A DNA stretch of 64,000 nucleotides from Opitutaceae bacterium (GTDB lineage Bacteria > Verrucomicrobiota > Verrucomicrobiia > Opitutales > Coraliomargaritaceae), in the NCBI GenBank assembly GCA_051252375.1, contig JBPOFY010000012.1, positions 10,675 through 74,674 on the forward strand. The letters are read 5' to 3'. Below the pieces are notes generated by a model. The model was not told the origin of the DNA and did not search any database. It was given only the letters and a program-made list of their open reading frames with translations. This document shows positions 45,491 through 53,936 of the stretch, piece after piece (position 1 is the stretch's first letter; each line of letters begins with the position of its first letter). Both the position numbers and the translations under genes were made by a program.

Positions 45491-46033
45491 CTACTGTGAT
45501 AGCGTTGCTGGGACGTGGTTCAAGACGTCTTTCCAGAGTTTGGCTTCGTTTCGGTGTCCGTGTTTTTGGAGTAGTGACTCGATGTCTTCTACCTCGGGTG
45601 CAGTGAATACTTGTTCGTGGTCTGCAGGTAGTTGCGGGCGGACTTTACAGATGATTGCCCAGACAGCCCAAGCACGTGCGCGGCGTAGGTCTTGTCGCTC
45701 GCCGCGTAGCCTTGTGGCTTGATGTTGAAAACTGATACGTGGGTTGCCGGGGAAGTCGTCGCTTTGGTGCTCGGCGATCATCCAAGCCAATGCGGCATAG
45801 GGCAGTGGCCATTTAGCTAGCACCAGATCGTCTTCCCGGATGTCAGCATAGAGTGCTCGGGTGATGGCGAGAATCGCTCGCCCAGCATGACCTTTATGCC
45901 AAAGCGTGTGCCCGTATCGGAGAGCGGTGGTGTAAAACAAGGCAGGCTCTGCCGTGGCGTCTAACTCAGTTAGACAACGATGTGTCATCTCCAAATCCGG
46001 AGCAGGTAGGTGCGGGCATTTTGTCTTAATCAT
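45491..46033 (-). CDS. Hypothetical protein (180 aa)
   Basis: ATG with an AGGA 4 nt upstream. It ends 2 nt before the DUF4250 start. No domain recognised. Confidence 0.5.
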   Translation of the reverse strand: MIKTKCPHLPAPDLEMTHRCLTELDATAEPALFYTTALRYGHTLWHKGHAGRAILAITRALYADIREDDLVLAKWPLPYAALAWMIAEHQSDDFPGNPRISFQHQATRLRGERQDLRRARAWAVWAIICKVRPQLPADHEQVFTAPEVEDIESLLQKHGHRNEAKLWKDVLNHVPATLSQ

Positions 46034-46107
46034 AATCCTAATCGATTCATCTGGGTGGAGACTCGAGGGCGTATGCTCTGTTGGAAGATTAAGATTATGA
46101 TTAGGAG
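46024..46107 (-). promoter_or_regulatory. Candidate translational-control helix sequestering the SD and AUG of gene 45491..46033
   Basis: Minus-strand RNA: 5' UCCUAAUCAUAAUCUUAAUC ...43 nt... GAUUAGGAUUAUGAUUAAGA 3'. Of 20 positions, 18 are Watson-Crick pairs, one is G-U and one is a C-A mismatch. The 3' arm contains AGGA and the AUG. Confidence 0.35.
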
Positions 46108-46134
46108 CAAGATTGAGCCGCTAGCCGCTTGCGG

Positions 46135-47460
46135 CTAAGGGAAAACGCCGCGCATTTTATAGACTTTATCGAGGTGCTCAATCGCGGAGGCGTAGGAGGC
46201 GACGCGCATACTGCATTTGAGTCGGTCGGCCATTTCGAGGACGCGTTTGGCGGAGCCTACCATGACTTTTCGTAGGCGCTCATCGACCACCTCTTCGTCC
46301 CATGTCTCCGACTGACGGTTTTGTTTCCATTCGAAGTAGCTTACAGTGACGCCACCCGCGTTGCAGAGGATTGCGGGCAAGATTGCCACGCCCTTATCGA
46401 GTAGATATTGTTCTGCGTGTGGCGTGGTCGGTGCGTTGGCCGCTTCGACTAGCACTTTACAACTGATGAGTTTGGCGTGTTCCAAATCGACCATTTGTTC
46501 CAGCGCAGCTGGGATGAAGAGATCTACCGGTGTGCTATAGAATGTTTCGTTGGAGATGGCTTCTGCGTCGGCGTAGCCTGCAACGCCGCCTGTGACTTTC
46601 ACGTGTTCGGCCAATTTCTGCGCGTCGATTCCGGTTTCGTGGAAAATAGCGCCAGTGTGGTCCATCACTGTTTTTAAGATGGAGCCTCGCTGTTGCAGTA
46701 GGCGAGCAGTCCAAGAACCGACATTTCCATAACCGATTAGGCTGTAAGAGAGTTTGCCGATCTCCATACCCATTCCCGGGAGGAGCTCGTCGAGCACATA
46801 GACAAGGCCTTGCCCTGTGGCTTTTTCACGACCAGCGGAGCCGCCAAACTCTAAAGGTTTACCAGTGACCACACCACGTGCGGTGACTTTGGTGGAAGAC
46901 TCCGCGAAATTAATATAGGTGTCGGCCATCCAAGCCATGATTTGACAATTGGTGCCTACGTCGGGTGCTGGGATGTCGTAGTCGGGGCCGATATTGTTGC
47001 CTAGTGCAGCAGTCAGACGGCGGGTCACGCGTTGTAGCTCGGCACGACTCACGGCACGCGGATCGATCTTAAGTGCGCCTTTAGCGCCGCCATAGGGCAG
47101 GCGAGCGAGGGCGCATTTCATCGTCATCAGTAGGGCGAGTGTCTTCACCTCATCGAGTTTAACTTCGGGGTGGTAGCGGATGCCACCTTTGTAGGGACCG
47201 AGCACATTGTTGTGCTGCACGCGGTAGCCTTTAAAAAGTTGCCATGTGCCGTCGTCCATCTGCACGGGGCAGTGAAACATGATCTCATTTTTTGGCTGGC
47301 TGAGAATCAGTTTGAGGCGGTGGGGCACCTCAAGCGCATTGGCGGCTTCGAGCACCGAACTGACGGTTTGGAAGTAGAGGTTATGGTCGTCGTAATAGTC
47401 TTCGAGTTCGTGGAAGATATCGCGGGCGGACTGACATGCGGGGGTATTGCAGGATTCCAT
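46135..47460 (-). CDS. Glutamate dehydrogenase (Glu/Leu/Phe/Val dehydrogenase family)
   Basis: GPYKGGIRYHP, KCALARLPYGGAKG, PAPDVGT, GYGNVG. Confidence 0.9.
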   Translation of the reverse strand: MESCNTPACQSARDIFHELEDYYDDHNLYFQTVSSVLEAANALEVPHRLKLILSQPKNEIMFHCPVQMDDGTWQLFKGYRVQHNNVLGPYKGGIRYHPEVKLDEVKTLALLMTMKCALARLPYGGAKGALKIDPRAVSRAELQRVTRRLTAALGNNIGPDYDIPAPDVGTNCQIMAWMADTYINFAESSTKVTARGVVTGKPLEFGGSAGREKATGQGLVYVLDELLPGMGMEIGKLSYSLIGYGNVGSWTARLLQQRGSILKTVMDHTGAIFHETGIDAQKLAEHVKVTGGVAGYADAEAISNETFYSTPVDLFIPAALEQMVDLEHAKLISCKVLVEAANAPTTPHAEQYLLDKGVAILPAILCNAGGVTVSYFEWKQNRQSETWDEEVVDERLRKVMVGSAKRVLEMADRLKCSMRVASYASAIEHLDKVYKMRGVFP

Positions 47461-47535
47461 ACCAGTAGGCTGTCACTGTTTAAGTTAAAGACAAGCCAGT
47501 GTCGTTTAAAAGATGCAGGTTAAGCGTGCTGCGGA

Positions 47536-47979
47536 TTATAAATCCGGGCCAATTAACTTTTCGATATCACGGCGATCCTTTTTGGTGGGGCGTCCGGTGC
47601 CCTTGTGGCTGAAAAGCTTGGCGTTGGCTTGCTTCTCACGGGCAGCCTCGAATTCGGACTCTGGAGTGCGGTCTTCGAAGTATTGGGGTAGCGCCGCTGC
47701 GCCGACTCGTTTCTCAGTCAGACCGACGACATGGAGTGTCTTGGTGATGGCTTTGGTGCGTGCGATCACAGTGTCTCCGATGTGGACTTTGCCAGATGGC
47801 TTGGCGATGACGTTATTGATGCGCACTGCTGAACCACGGCAAGCTTCAGCGGCATCAGTGCGCGTCTTATATACGCGCACCGCCCAAAGCCATTTGTCTA
47901 AACGAACGGAAGGAACGCTGGGAACGTCGAACGTCGAACGTCCAACGTTCAATTTTGAATGCGATTGCTCTGGGTTCAT
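47536..47979 (-). CDS. S4-domain RNA-binding protein (Hsp15/HslR-like); its N-terminus is encoded by a repeat element
   Basis: VRLDKWLWAVRVYKTRTDAAEACRGSAVRINN is the S4/Hsp15 signature. Residues 1-24 (MNPEQSHSKLNVGRSTFDVPSVPS) are read from family A element A4. Confidence 0.7.
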   Translation of the reverse strand: MNPEQSHSKLNVGRSTFDVPSVPSVRLDKWLWAVRVYKTRTDAAEACRGSAVRINNVIAKPSGKVHIGDTVIARTKAITKTLHVVGLTEKRVGAAALPQYFEDRTPESEFEAAREKQANAKLFSHKGTGRPTKKDRRDIEKLIGPDL

Positions 47980-48051
47980 TTAGTGGGAAGTGGAGAGTGT
48001 CCTTTCTGGAATTCAACATTGGGCGTTCGAAGTTGGACGTTCGAAGTTCCC
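47912..48051. repeat. Family A heptamer-arm palindromic element, copy A4
   Basis: Left arm GGAACGCTGGGAACGTCGAACGTCGAACGTCCAACGTTCAATTTTGAAT (47912-47960); right arm ATTCAACATTGGGCGTTCGAAGTTGGACGTTCGAAGTTCCC (48011-48051). Confidence 0.75.
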
Positions 48052-48059
48052 ATGACTCC

Positions 48060-49217
48060 TTAGCGCTGTTTCAGCGCGCTAGTCATTTTCTCGAGGCCTT
48101 CGATGAGGCGGCTTTGTGGGCAACCGAAATTGAGGCGCACGTGTTGATGTCCGTCGAAAGGAACACCATCGGAGAGACCGACACCGTGGTCTTCGAAAAA
48201 CTTGACTGGGTTGTCGAGCCCGAGCTTCGCGACGTCAAACCATGCCAGATAGGTTGATTGCATCGGGCGGAAAGTAATCTCGGGTATCTGCTCGTTGATG
48301 AACTTATAGAGCAGCTCGTAGTTGCCGCGTAGATACTTAATGAGCTCTAGGCGCCATGGTTCACCGTGGTTATAAGCCGCTTCGCATCCCGCGTAGCCGA
48401 AGCAGTTCACTTCGGTGATGATTCCGCGGATTGTTTTTTGAAATTGCAGGCGTAGCTCCTGATTCTCGATTACGGAAAAAGCACATGCGAGGCCAGGCAA
48501 GTTGTAGGTCTTACTAGGAGCCATCAGTGTGACTGTGCGGGCGGCGATGGTATCGTTGAGGGTCGATGTGACGATGTGCTTGGTCTGCTCATCGAATACG
48601 AGATCGCAGTGGATTTCGTCGGAGATCAGAATGAGGTCGTGGCGCTCGCAGAAGTCCGCGATGCCTGTGAGCTCTTCGCGTGAGAAGACCCGACCGACTG
48701 GATTGTGCGGGCTGCAAAGCACGAAAATCTTGGTCTTCGGTGTGACGGCAGCTTCCATTGCGTCGATGTCGAGCGTCCATTGGTCGGCAGCATTGAGGCA
48801 GAGGGGCACTTTGATCAGTTCACGACCAGCATAGTCGGGAGCAGAGAGGAATGGAGGGTAAACCGGCGTCGCCGTCATTACCGAGTCGCCGGGTTCGGTG
48901 AAGGCGTGGCAACAGAGGTTGATCGCCGGCACGAGACCAGGCAGGAAATTGAGCCAATGTGCTTTGGCGCTATAGCCATGTGCCCGATCTAGGTAGTTCA
49001 CGACCGCTTCGGTGGGTGCATCGAAAGGGATGGTGTAGCCGAAAATACCATGGTCGAGGCGTTGCTGGAGGCCTGCCATGATCTCGGGAGCGGTCTCGAA
49101 GTCCATATCCGCGACCCAGAGTGGTAGGATGTCGCGACCTTTGTATTTGTCCCATTTGAGGCTGCCATAGCCAGTGCGGTCCGGGCAGGTGTCGAAATTG
49201 TAGCTGTGTGCTGTCAT
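48060..49217 (-). CDS. PatB/MalY-family PLP-dependent C-S lyase (cystathionine beta-lyase-like)
   Basis: NFDTCPDRTGYGSLKWD is the typical N-terminus. Class I/II aminotransferase fold (SPHNPVGRVF, APSKTYNLPG). Confidence 0.85.
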   Translation of the reverse strand: MTAHSYNFDTCPDRTGYGSLKWDKYKGRDILPLWVADMDFETAPEIMAGLQQRLDHGIFGYTIPFDAPTEAVVNYLDRAHGYSAKAHWLNFLPGLVPAINLCCHAFTEPGDSVMTATPVYPPFLSAPDYAGRELIKVPLCLNAADQWTLDIDAMEAAVTPKTKIFVLCSPHNPVGRVFSREELTGIADFCERHDLILISDEIHCDLVFDEQTKHIVTSTLNDTIAARTVTLMAPSKTYNLPGLACAFSVIENQELRLQFQKTIRGIITEVNCFGYAGCEAAYNHGEPWRLELIKYLRGNYELLYKFINEQIPEITFRPMQSTYLAWFDVAKLGLDNPVKFFEDHGVGLSDGVPFDGHQHVRLNFGCPQSRLIEGLEKMTSALKQR

Positions 49218-49338
49218 GTGGGGAAGACGATCAACTCGACAGCGCTTTCCTGCAAATCATTTTGCGGGATTGTTATTCACAGAGAAGTCTGAGGCTTTTC
49301 GATTGCCAAAGTCTATTGCGATCTACGAGGTCATAGGC

Positions 49339-50058
49339 ATGAAACCTAAAACCAAATTAGCTGAAGCGCCTATCGTGGGTGGTGCTGTCATGGCTCTGTA
49401 TGAGCATGATGGTAGTTTTTCGATGAGTGTGAACGGGCAAGAGCTGATGCACTCGGAGGCTTGTGCTTCGGAGCGGCTGATGGGGAGTCTCGGGATCGAG
49501 CGTGTGCCGCTAGAGGAAATTCCACGTATCTTGATCGGCGGGCTGGGGCTTGGGTTCACTTTGCGCAGTGTGATCGATGCAGTCGGTCCGGATGCATTGA
49601 TCGATGTGGCTGAGCTCGTGCCGGAAGTAATTGAATGGAATAAGACTTTTTTGAAGGACCTGAATGGCGAGCTGATAGAGAACGCTGGGGTCGATGTGTT
49701 TGTCGACGATGTGGTCGAGGTGATCAAAAAAGCCAAGGCGCTCTATGACACGATTATCGTGGATGTGGATAATGGTCCTTTTGCGATGGTGGCTGATTCG
49801 AATGTTTCGCTATATTCCAATACGGGTTTGAAACGTATCTGGGGCGCGTTGAAGCCGGAAGGTCGCGCTGTTTTTTGGTCGGCGAAGCAGGATGTTTCAT
49901 TTGAACAGCGGCTGAAGCGGGTCGGCTTTAAGGTGCAGGCTGTGCCGGCTAAAGTGCATGCGCGTGCGAAGCGGGCGGCTTACATGCTCTATGTCGCAGA
50001 TCGCCGCACAGGCACGGCTGGTGCCGAAGAGGAGCCTGTGGAGTATGTCGTGACTTAG
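49339..50058 (+). CDS. Spermidine synthase-like / class I SAM-dependent methyltransferase-fold protein
   Basis: ILIGGLGLGFTLRSV (motif I-like) and IIVDVDNGP. ATG 49339 is preferred over 49216, which overlaps the divergent gene start. Confidence 0.6.
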   Translation: MKPKTKLAEAPIVGGAVMALYEHDGSFSMSVNGQELMHSEACASERLMGSLGIERVPLEEIPRILIGGLGLGFTLRSVIDAVGPDALIDVAELVPEVIEWNKTFLKDLNGELIENAGVDVFVDDVVEVIKKAKALYDTIIVDVDNGPFAMVADSNVSLYSNTGLKRIWGALKPEGRAVFWSAKQDVSFEQRLKRVGFKVQAVPAKVHARAKRAAYMLYVADRRTGTAGAEEEPVEYVVT

Positions 50059-50061
50059 CGT

Positions 50062-50232
50062 GAATGGCGCTAACTTAAGCAACTTTATCGAGATGAGATC
50101 TGTAACTTTATTTGGAGGGCAATGCTCCGCTCATTGCCGCAGAAACGCCTAAACGCTTCAAACTATCGGCGGTTGCGACGGAGCGCAACCCTCCAGCTTT
50201 TCACCAAACATCTTCTTAAGTTAGCGCCATTC
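50062..50232. mobile_element. 171-bp MITE-like element with perfect 18-bp TIRs and a 10-bp target-site duplication; interior contains family C copy 2 (50114-50196)
   Basis: TIRs GAATGGCGCTAACTTAAG (50062-50079) and CTTAAGTTAGCGCCATTC (50215-50232). Flanking direct repeat GACTTAGCGT at 50052-50061 and 50233-50242. Confidence 0.75.
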
Positions 50233-50252
50233 GACTTAGCGTAATACTTAAC

Positions 50253-51650
50253 CTAAAATCCGATGATGTAGATCGAGCCTTGAGAGACTTGCTCGGCTAG
50301 TTCGGCTGAGATCCAACGCTCCTGATAAGATGGTCCCCACGAGTCGCTGACTGCGATTTCGTTGGTGTCTTTGTTGTAGCCAATAATCATGCAGGCGTGC
50401 GCGGTATTGTAGTCTTTTTGTAATTCAATGCCGCGGGTTTCGGATTTGATTTGATCGGTCCATTGCTCCCAGTCGGTCACATCGCGGCGGTCCTTGGTGC
50501 GTTGATTGGCGAGGTCGTTGTATTCTTTTGTTGAGAATAGTGTCCAGATAATGGGGAGGCCCTTATCGATATGCTTTTGAATATTTCGAACTTTAATTTC
50601 TTGGCGTTCCTGTTTCATCGACCGGCTTTGAGAGGCGATGTAGCCATCGATCGAACTGATGATGGCGCTGAGGCTGGTGCCGCCGCCGACGCTGGTTTGC
50701 CCTGCCATCGCGAGGATATACATGTCTGCGGGGATCTGCATATAGCGGAGGTAGCGTTCGAAGGTGGCGGGGACGCAGTAGCCTTTAGGACCTTGATTGA
50801 CCATCGGAATATTGCCGACCAAGACGTCACCGTTGGGACGGGTGATGATGTTCTCGGTGGTGAGCCCGCGCAGTGCGGCGTCGGATAGTTTTGCGGCGCG
50901 GCCTTTGTTGTCGGCTGCTTCGGCGGTCATGATCTTAAGGCTGACGTATTCGCCGTCCTGCGAGGCGAGGAGGAAGGCGTGTCCTTTCCAGTCCCAGCGT
51001 TCGATCAATTGTTTGATGCCACGACCTGCGCCGAATTGTTGGCGGTCGGGCGAGCCGAGTGTTTTACTGAGGAGCGATTCGATGCGTTTGGCGTCGTCAT
51101 CGATGGCGGACTCCATGGCTCGGATTTCACTTTCGGTGGGTGTCTCGCTGAATTTGAAGTCACCTTTGTTGGCAAAGACGATACTTAGATGTTGGGCGCG
51201 GTCATTCTCGCCGTAGAGCACAGCAGAGTAGGGGCGGCTGGAAAGTATGCGGTAATCCGGCTTGGGGTATGTGCGGTAGCTGGATTGGCTGTCGGTTTTC
51301 GATTCTAGGCGCCAGCCGAGTCTTTCAGCGACTGCATTAGCAGTGTCGTCCCAGAGTTGACTGTCGTTGAAAAGTGGGATGCCTAGCAGCTCGTTGATGG
51401 CACGGTATTGATCACGTTCGGCGTCTTCCTGTTGAGCGATGGTTGCTTGGCTCTCAGTTGAGAGGAGCGCGCGGTCATACCAGATAGCTTGTCCGTTTGC
51501 TAAACGGATTTTAATTTGAGCCGATTGAATTTCCAGTAGTTCGACTTCGATGACGCGGCCGTCTTTATTGGATAAGGAAATACCAAACCCCGTTGCTTGG
51601 ATGAGGGCGCATAGAGCGCATGTGAGCGTCAGTTTTTTGAACCACTGCAT
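50253..51650 (-). CDS. Secreted protein with a C-terminal papain-fold (C39-like) cysteine peptidase domain
   Basis: Signal-like N-terminus; candidate catalytic Cys in GPKGYCVPATFERYL and His in NTAHACMIIGYN...SDSWG. By eye only. Confidence 0.55.
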   Translation of the reverse strand: MQWFKKLTLTCALCALIQATGFGISLSNKDGRVIEVELLEIQSAQIKIRLANGQAIWYDRALLSTESQATIAQQEDAERDQYRAINELLGIPLFNDSQLWDDTANAVAERLGWRLESKTDSQSSYRTYPKPDYRILSSRPYSAVLYGENDRAQHLSIVFANKGDFKFSETPTESEIRAMESAIDDDAKRIESLLSKTLGSPDRQQFGAGRGIKQLIERWDWKGHAFLLASQDGEYVSLKIMTAEAADNKGRAAKLSDAALRGLTTENIITRPNGDVLVGNIPMVNQGPKGYCVPATFERYLRYMQIPADMYILAMAGQTSVGGGTSLSAIISSIDGYIASQSRSMKQERQEIKVRNIQKHIDKGLPIIWTLFSTKEYNDLANQRTKDRRDVTDWEQWTDQIKSETRGIELQKDYNTAHACMIIGYNKDTNEIAVSDSWGPSYQERWISAELAEQVSQGSIYIIGF

Positions 51651-51668
51651 CTTGCTGGAGTTTTTAAC

Positions 51669-52649
51669 TTAAGCAGCCAGTTCTTTTAGTGGCACGAGTT
51701 TTTGTTTATCGCCGTCCCATACTTTCAAATGGAGGCAACGGAGCACTTCAATCGGGTTGAGTGTCGTCGTCTTGGCATCCTGTAGTTCCGGCATTTTGGA
51801 GTAAACTTCCGGCAGGCGGTAAAAGGGGATCTTTGAATTCAGGTGATGGATATGGTGATAGCCGATGTTGCCAGTGAAGTAGTGCATGATCGGGCTCATC
51901 TTGCAAAAGCTGGAAGATTCGAGTGCAGCACCTTCGTAGGTCCAGCCGTTGTTTTCTTTGAAGACGACTGTTGGGAAATTATGCTGCGCATAGAAGAGGT
52001 AGGAGCCCATAGCGCAGGCGATAAAGTAGGGGATGAAGATGGCGAAGAGCGCCGTGGCCCATCCAAAGGTAGTCACCACAAATGCGTAGAGCGCGATATG
52101 CAGGATCAATGAGAGGGCGGAGTCTTTGTGATCTTTGGTGTCGGTAAGCGCGGGCACGATGCACATGCCAACCAGAAAAATGGAAAAGTAGCCGAAGAGT
52201 ATAGTGAGCGGGTGGCGCATCGCGAGGTATTGGATGCGTTCTTTGCGAGAGGCGCGTAGATAGCGCTCTTTGGTCATCACCGGGTAGGAGCCGATGTGGG
52301 CGCTGCGCAGTTTAGAATTGTGGTTGTGGTGGTGGTTGTGCGAGTGCGTCCAGATGCTGGTAGGTGTGATCGCGATGATGCCCCAAGCCTGCATAAACAC
52401 TTTTGCAGCTTTGGATTTCGTCAAAATCGCATTGTGCTGATGATCGTGGTAGATGACGAACAAGCGCACCATGAGTAGCCCGAGTAGAATCGAGCAGGCG
52501 AATTGAGCGATCCAGTGGATATTGTAAAGCGTGCCACCTGCGACGAGCAGGATGAGTAGTGTGGTTGAGAGAACGGCCCACCAGCTTTTCGCTGTGTTGT
52601 CCTTCGCATATTCTTTAGTGGCTAAAATTAGTTCTTTACCGGTTCTCAT
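51669..52649 (-). CDS. Membrane fatty-acid desaturase family protein
   Basis: Three His boxes (HDHQH, HNHHHNH, HHIHH) with TM helices in the expected positions. Confidence 0.85.
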   Translation of the reverse strand: MRTGKELILATKEYAKDNTAKSWWAVLSTTLLILLVAGGTLYNIHWIAQFACSILLGLLMVRLFVIYHDHQHNAILTKSKAAKVFMQAWGIIAITPTSIWTHSHNHHHNHNSKLRSAHIGSYPVMTKERYLRASRKERIQYLAMRHPLTILFGYFSIFLVGMCIVPALTDTKDHKDSALSLILHIALYAFVVTTFGWATALFAIFIPYFIACAMGSYLFYAQHNFPTVVFKENNGWTYEGAALESSSFCKMSPIMHYFTGNIGYHHIHHLNSKIPFYRLPEVYSKMPELQDAKTTTLNPIEVLRCLHLKVWDGDKQKLVPLKELAA

Positions 52650-52859
52650 GTGATTTCAATTGGAGTTCGGGACTTAAATTCGTTCAAAATGGATTCTCTA
52701 TAGTTATATGCACGTGGCGAGGCCTATGTCACACACGTGTGAACTGACTCGATATGCCTATTAAAGCAATGCCCGATTGTTGGTTAGGGGCATGTAGCAG
52801 GAAAGTAGCAGGTATGAAAGAGCTTGCGCACAGCGCGTCTAATCGACGAGGTCTATTGG

Positions 52860-53840
52860 ATGCATCCCGAAGAAGCACCCGAAGAAAAAACATTGTTGGA
52901 ATGGGCGGTGCGCCTGTGTCCCGATTCCCCGCGCAAGCGGATCAAAGAGTGGTTCGTGGCTGGGCGCTTTTGCCTAGATGGTGCCGTTGTGACAAAAGCG
53001 GGCCTCCGTATGGCCGATCCCGGCGATCGTTTCACGATGGGTGCGCCTGATAAAGCACCGAGTAATTGGGGGCATCGTAAGCGCATTCATCCAAAAGTAG
53101 TGTTGGTGCATTTAGATGCATCACTCGCAATTATCGACAAAGAAGCTGGCCTTTTATCTGTTCCGAGTGATGGGCAAGATGGTATTTCTGCGATAGAAGT
53201 GTTGGCGAATTATTTGAACGACCCGCGTGGTGAGGCGACTCGTCGCAGCTTTTTTGGTAAGGCTGACAAGGTGAAACCGCTGCCAGTCCACCGTCTCGAC
53301 CAATATACCAGCGGTCTACTGTGTATCGCAATGAATGACACTGCGCGTCACTCCTTGATTCAGCAGCTTCGCAGTCACGATTTCCTTCGTGAATACATTG
53401 CCTATGCTGACGGCGACGCACCCACACCTGAAGGCACTTGGCGCAACCACATGCTGCTCGATGAATCCGGTTATAATCAAACCATCGTCGAGCCCGGCAC
53501 TGAGCGAGCCGTCGAAGCCGTTACTCACTACGCAGTGGAGCAGGTTTTTGAGCGTCACCACGTCAGTAAGCTGCGTATTCGCCTTGAAACCGGTTTGAAG
53601 CACCAGATCCGCATTCAAGCAGCTGCACATGACATGGCGCTGCTCGGAGATCGTTCTTATCACGAGGGCACGCAAAAAGCGGTGAAGAAAAAGGGCGCGA
53701 AATTGCCGTATCAGTTTAAGCGCCAAGCGCTTCATGCGGCGACGATTGGCATCAAGCACCCCGATGATGGACGTTATATTCGCTTCGAGTCACGTATCCC
53801 AGGTGATATGCAGGATCTCGAAGTGCGCTTGAGTAGTTGA
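52860..53840 (+). CDS. RluA-family pseudouridine synthase with an S4-like N-terminal domain
   Basis: Catalytic HRLDQYTSGLLCIA and KHQIRIQ. ATG 52860 is preferred over TTG 52824. Confidence 0.85.
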   Translation: MHPEEAPEEKTLLEWAVRLCPDSPRKRIKEWFVAGRFCLDGAVVTKAGLRMADPGDRFTMGAPDKAPSNWGHRKRIHPKVVLVHLDASLAIIDKEAGLLSVPSDGQDGISAIEVLANYLNDPRGEATRRSFFGKADKVKPLPVHRLDQYTSGLLCIAMNDTARHSLIQQLRSHDFLREYIAYADGDAPTPEGTWRNHMLLDESGYNQTIVEPGTERAVEAVTHYAVEQVFERHHVSKLRIRLETGLKHQIRIQAAAHDMALLGDRSYHEGTQKAVKKKGAKLPYQFKRQALHAATIGIKHPDDGRYIRFESRIPGDMQDLEVRLSS

Positions 53841-53936
53841 CCTCAGCGGCGTATAGACGTCTTTATTTAGAGAGTTTTAGCTTTCTTTTACAGCACTAGG
53901 GGTCGACTTGTAGTCGCTTTTCCGCATGCTGGCGGG

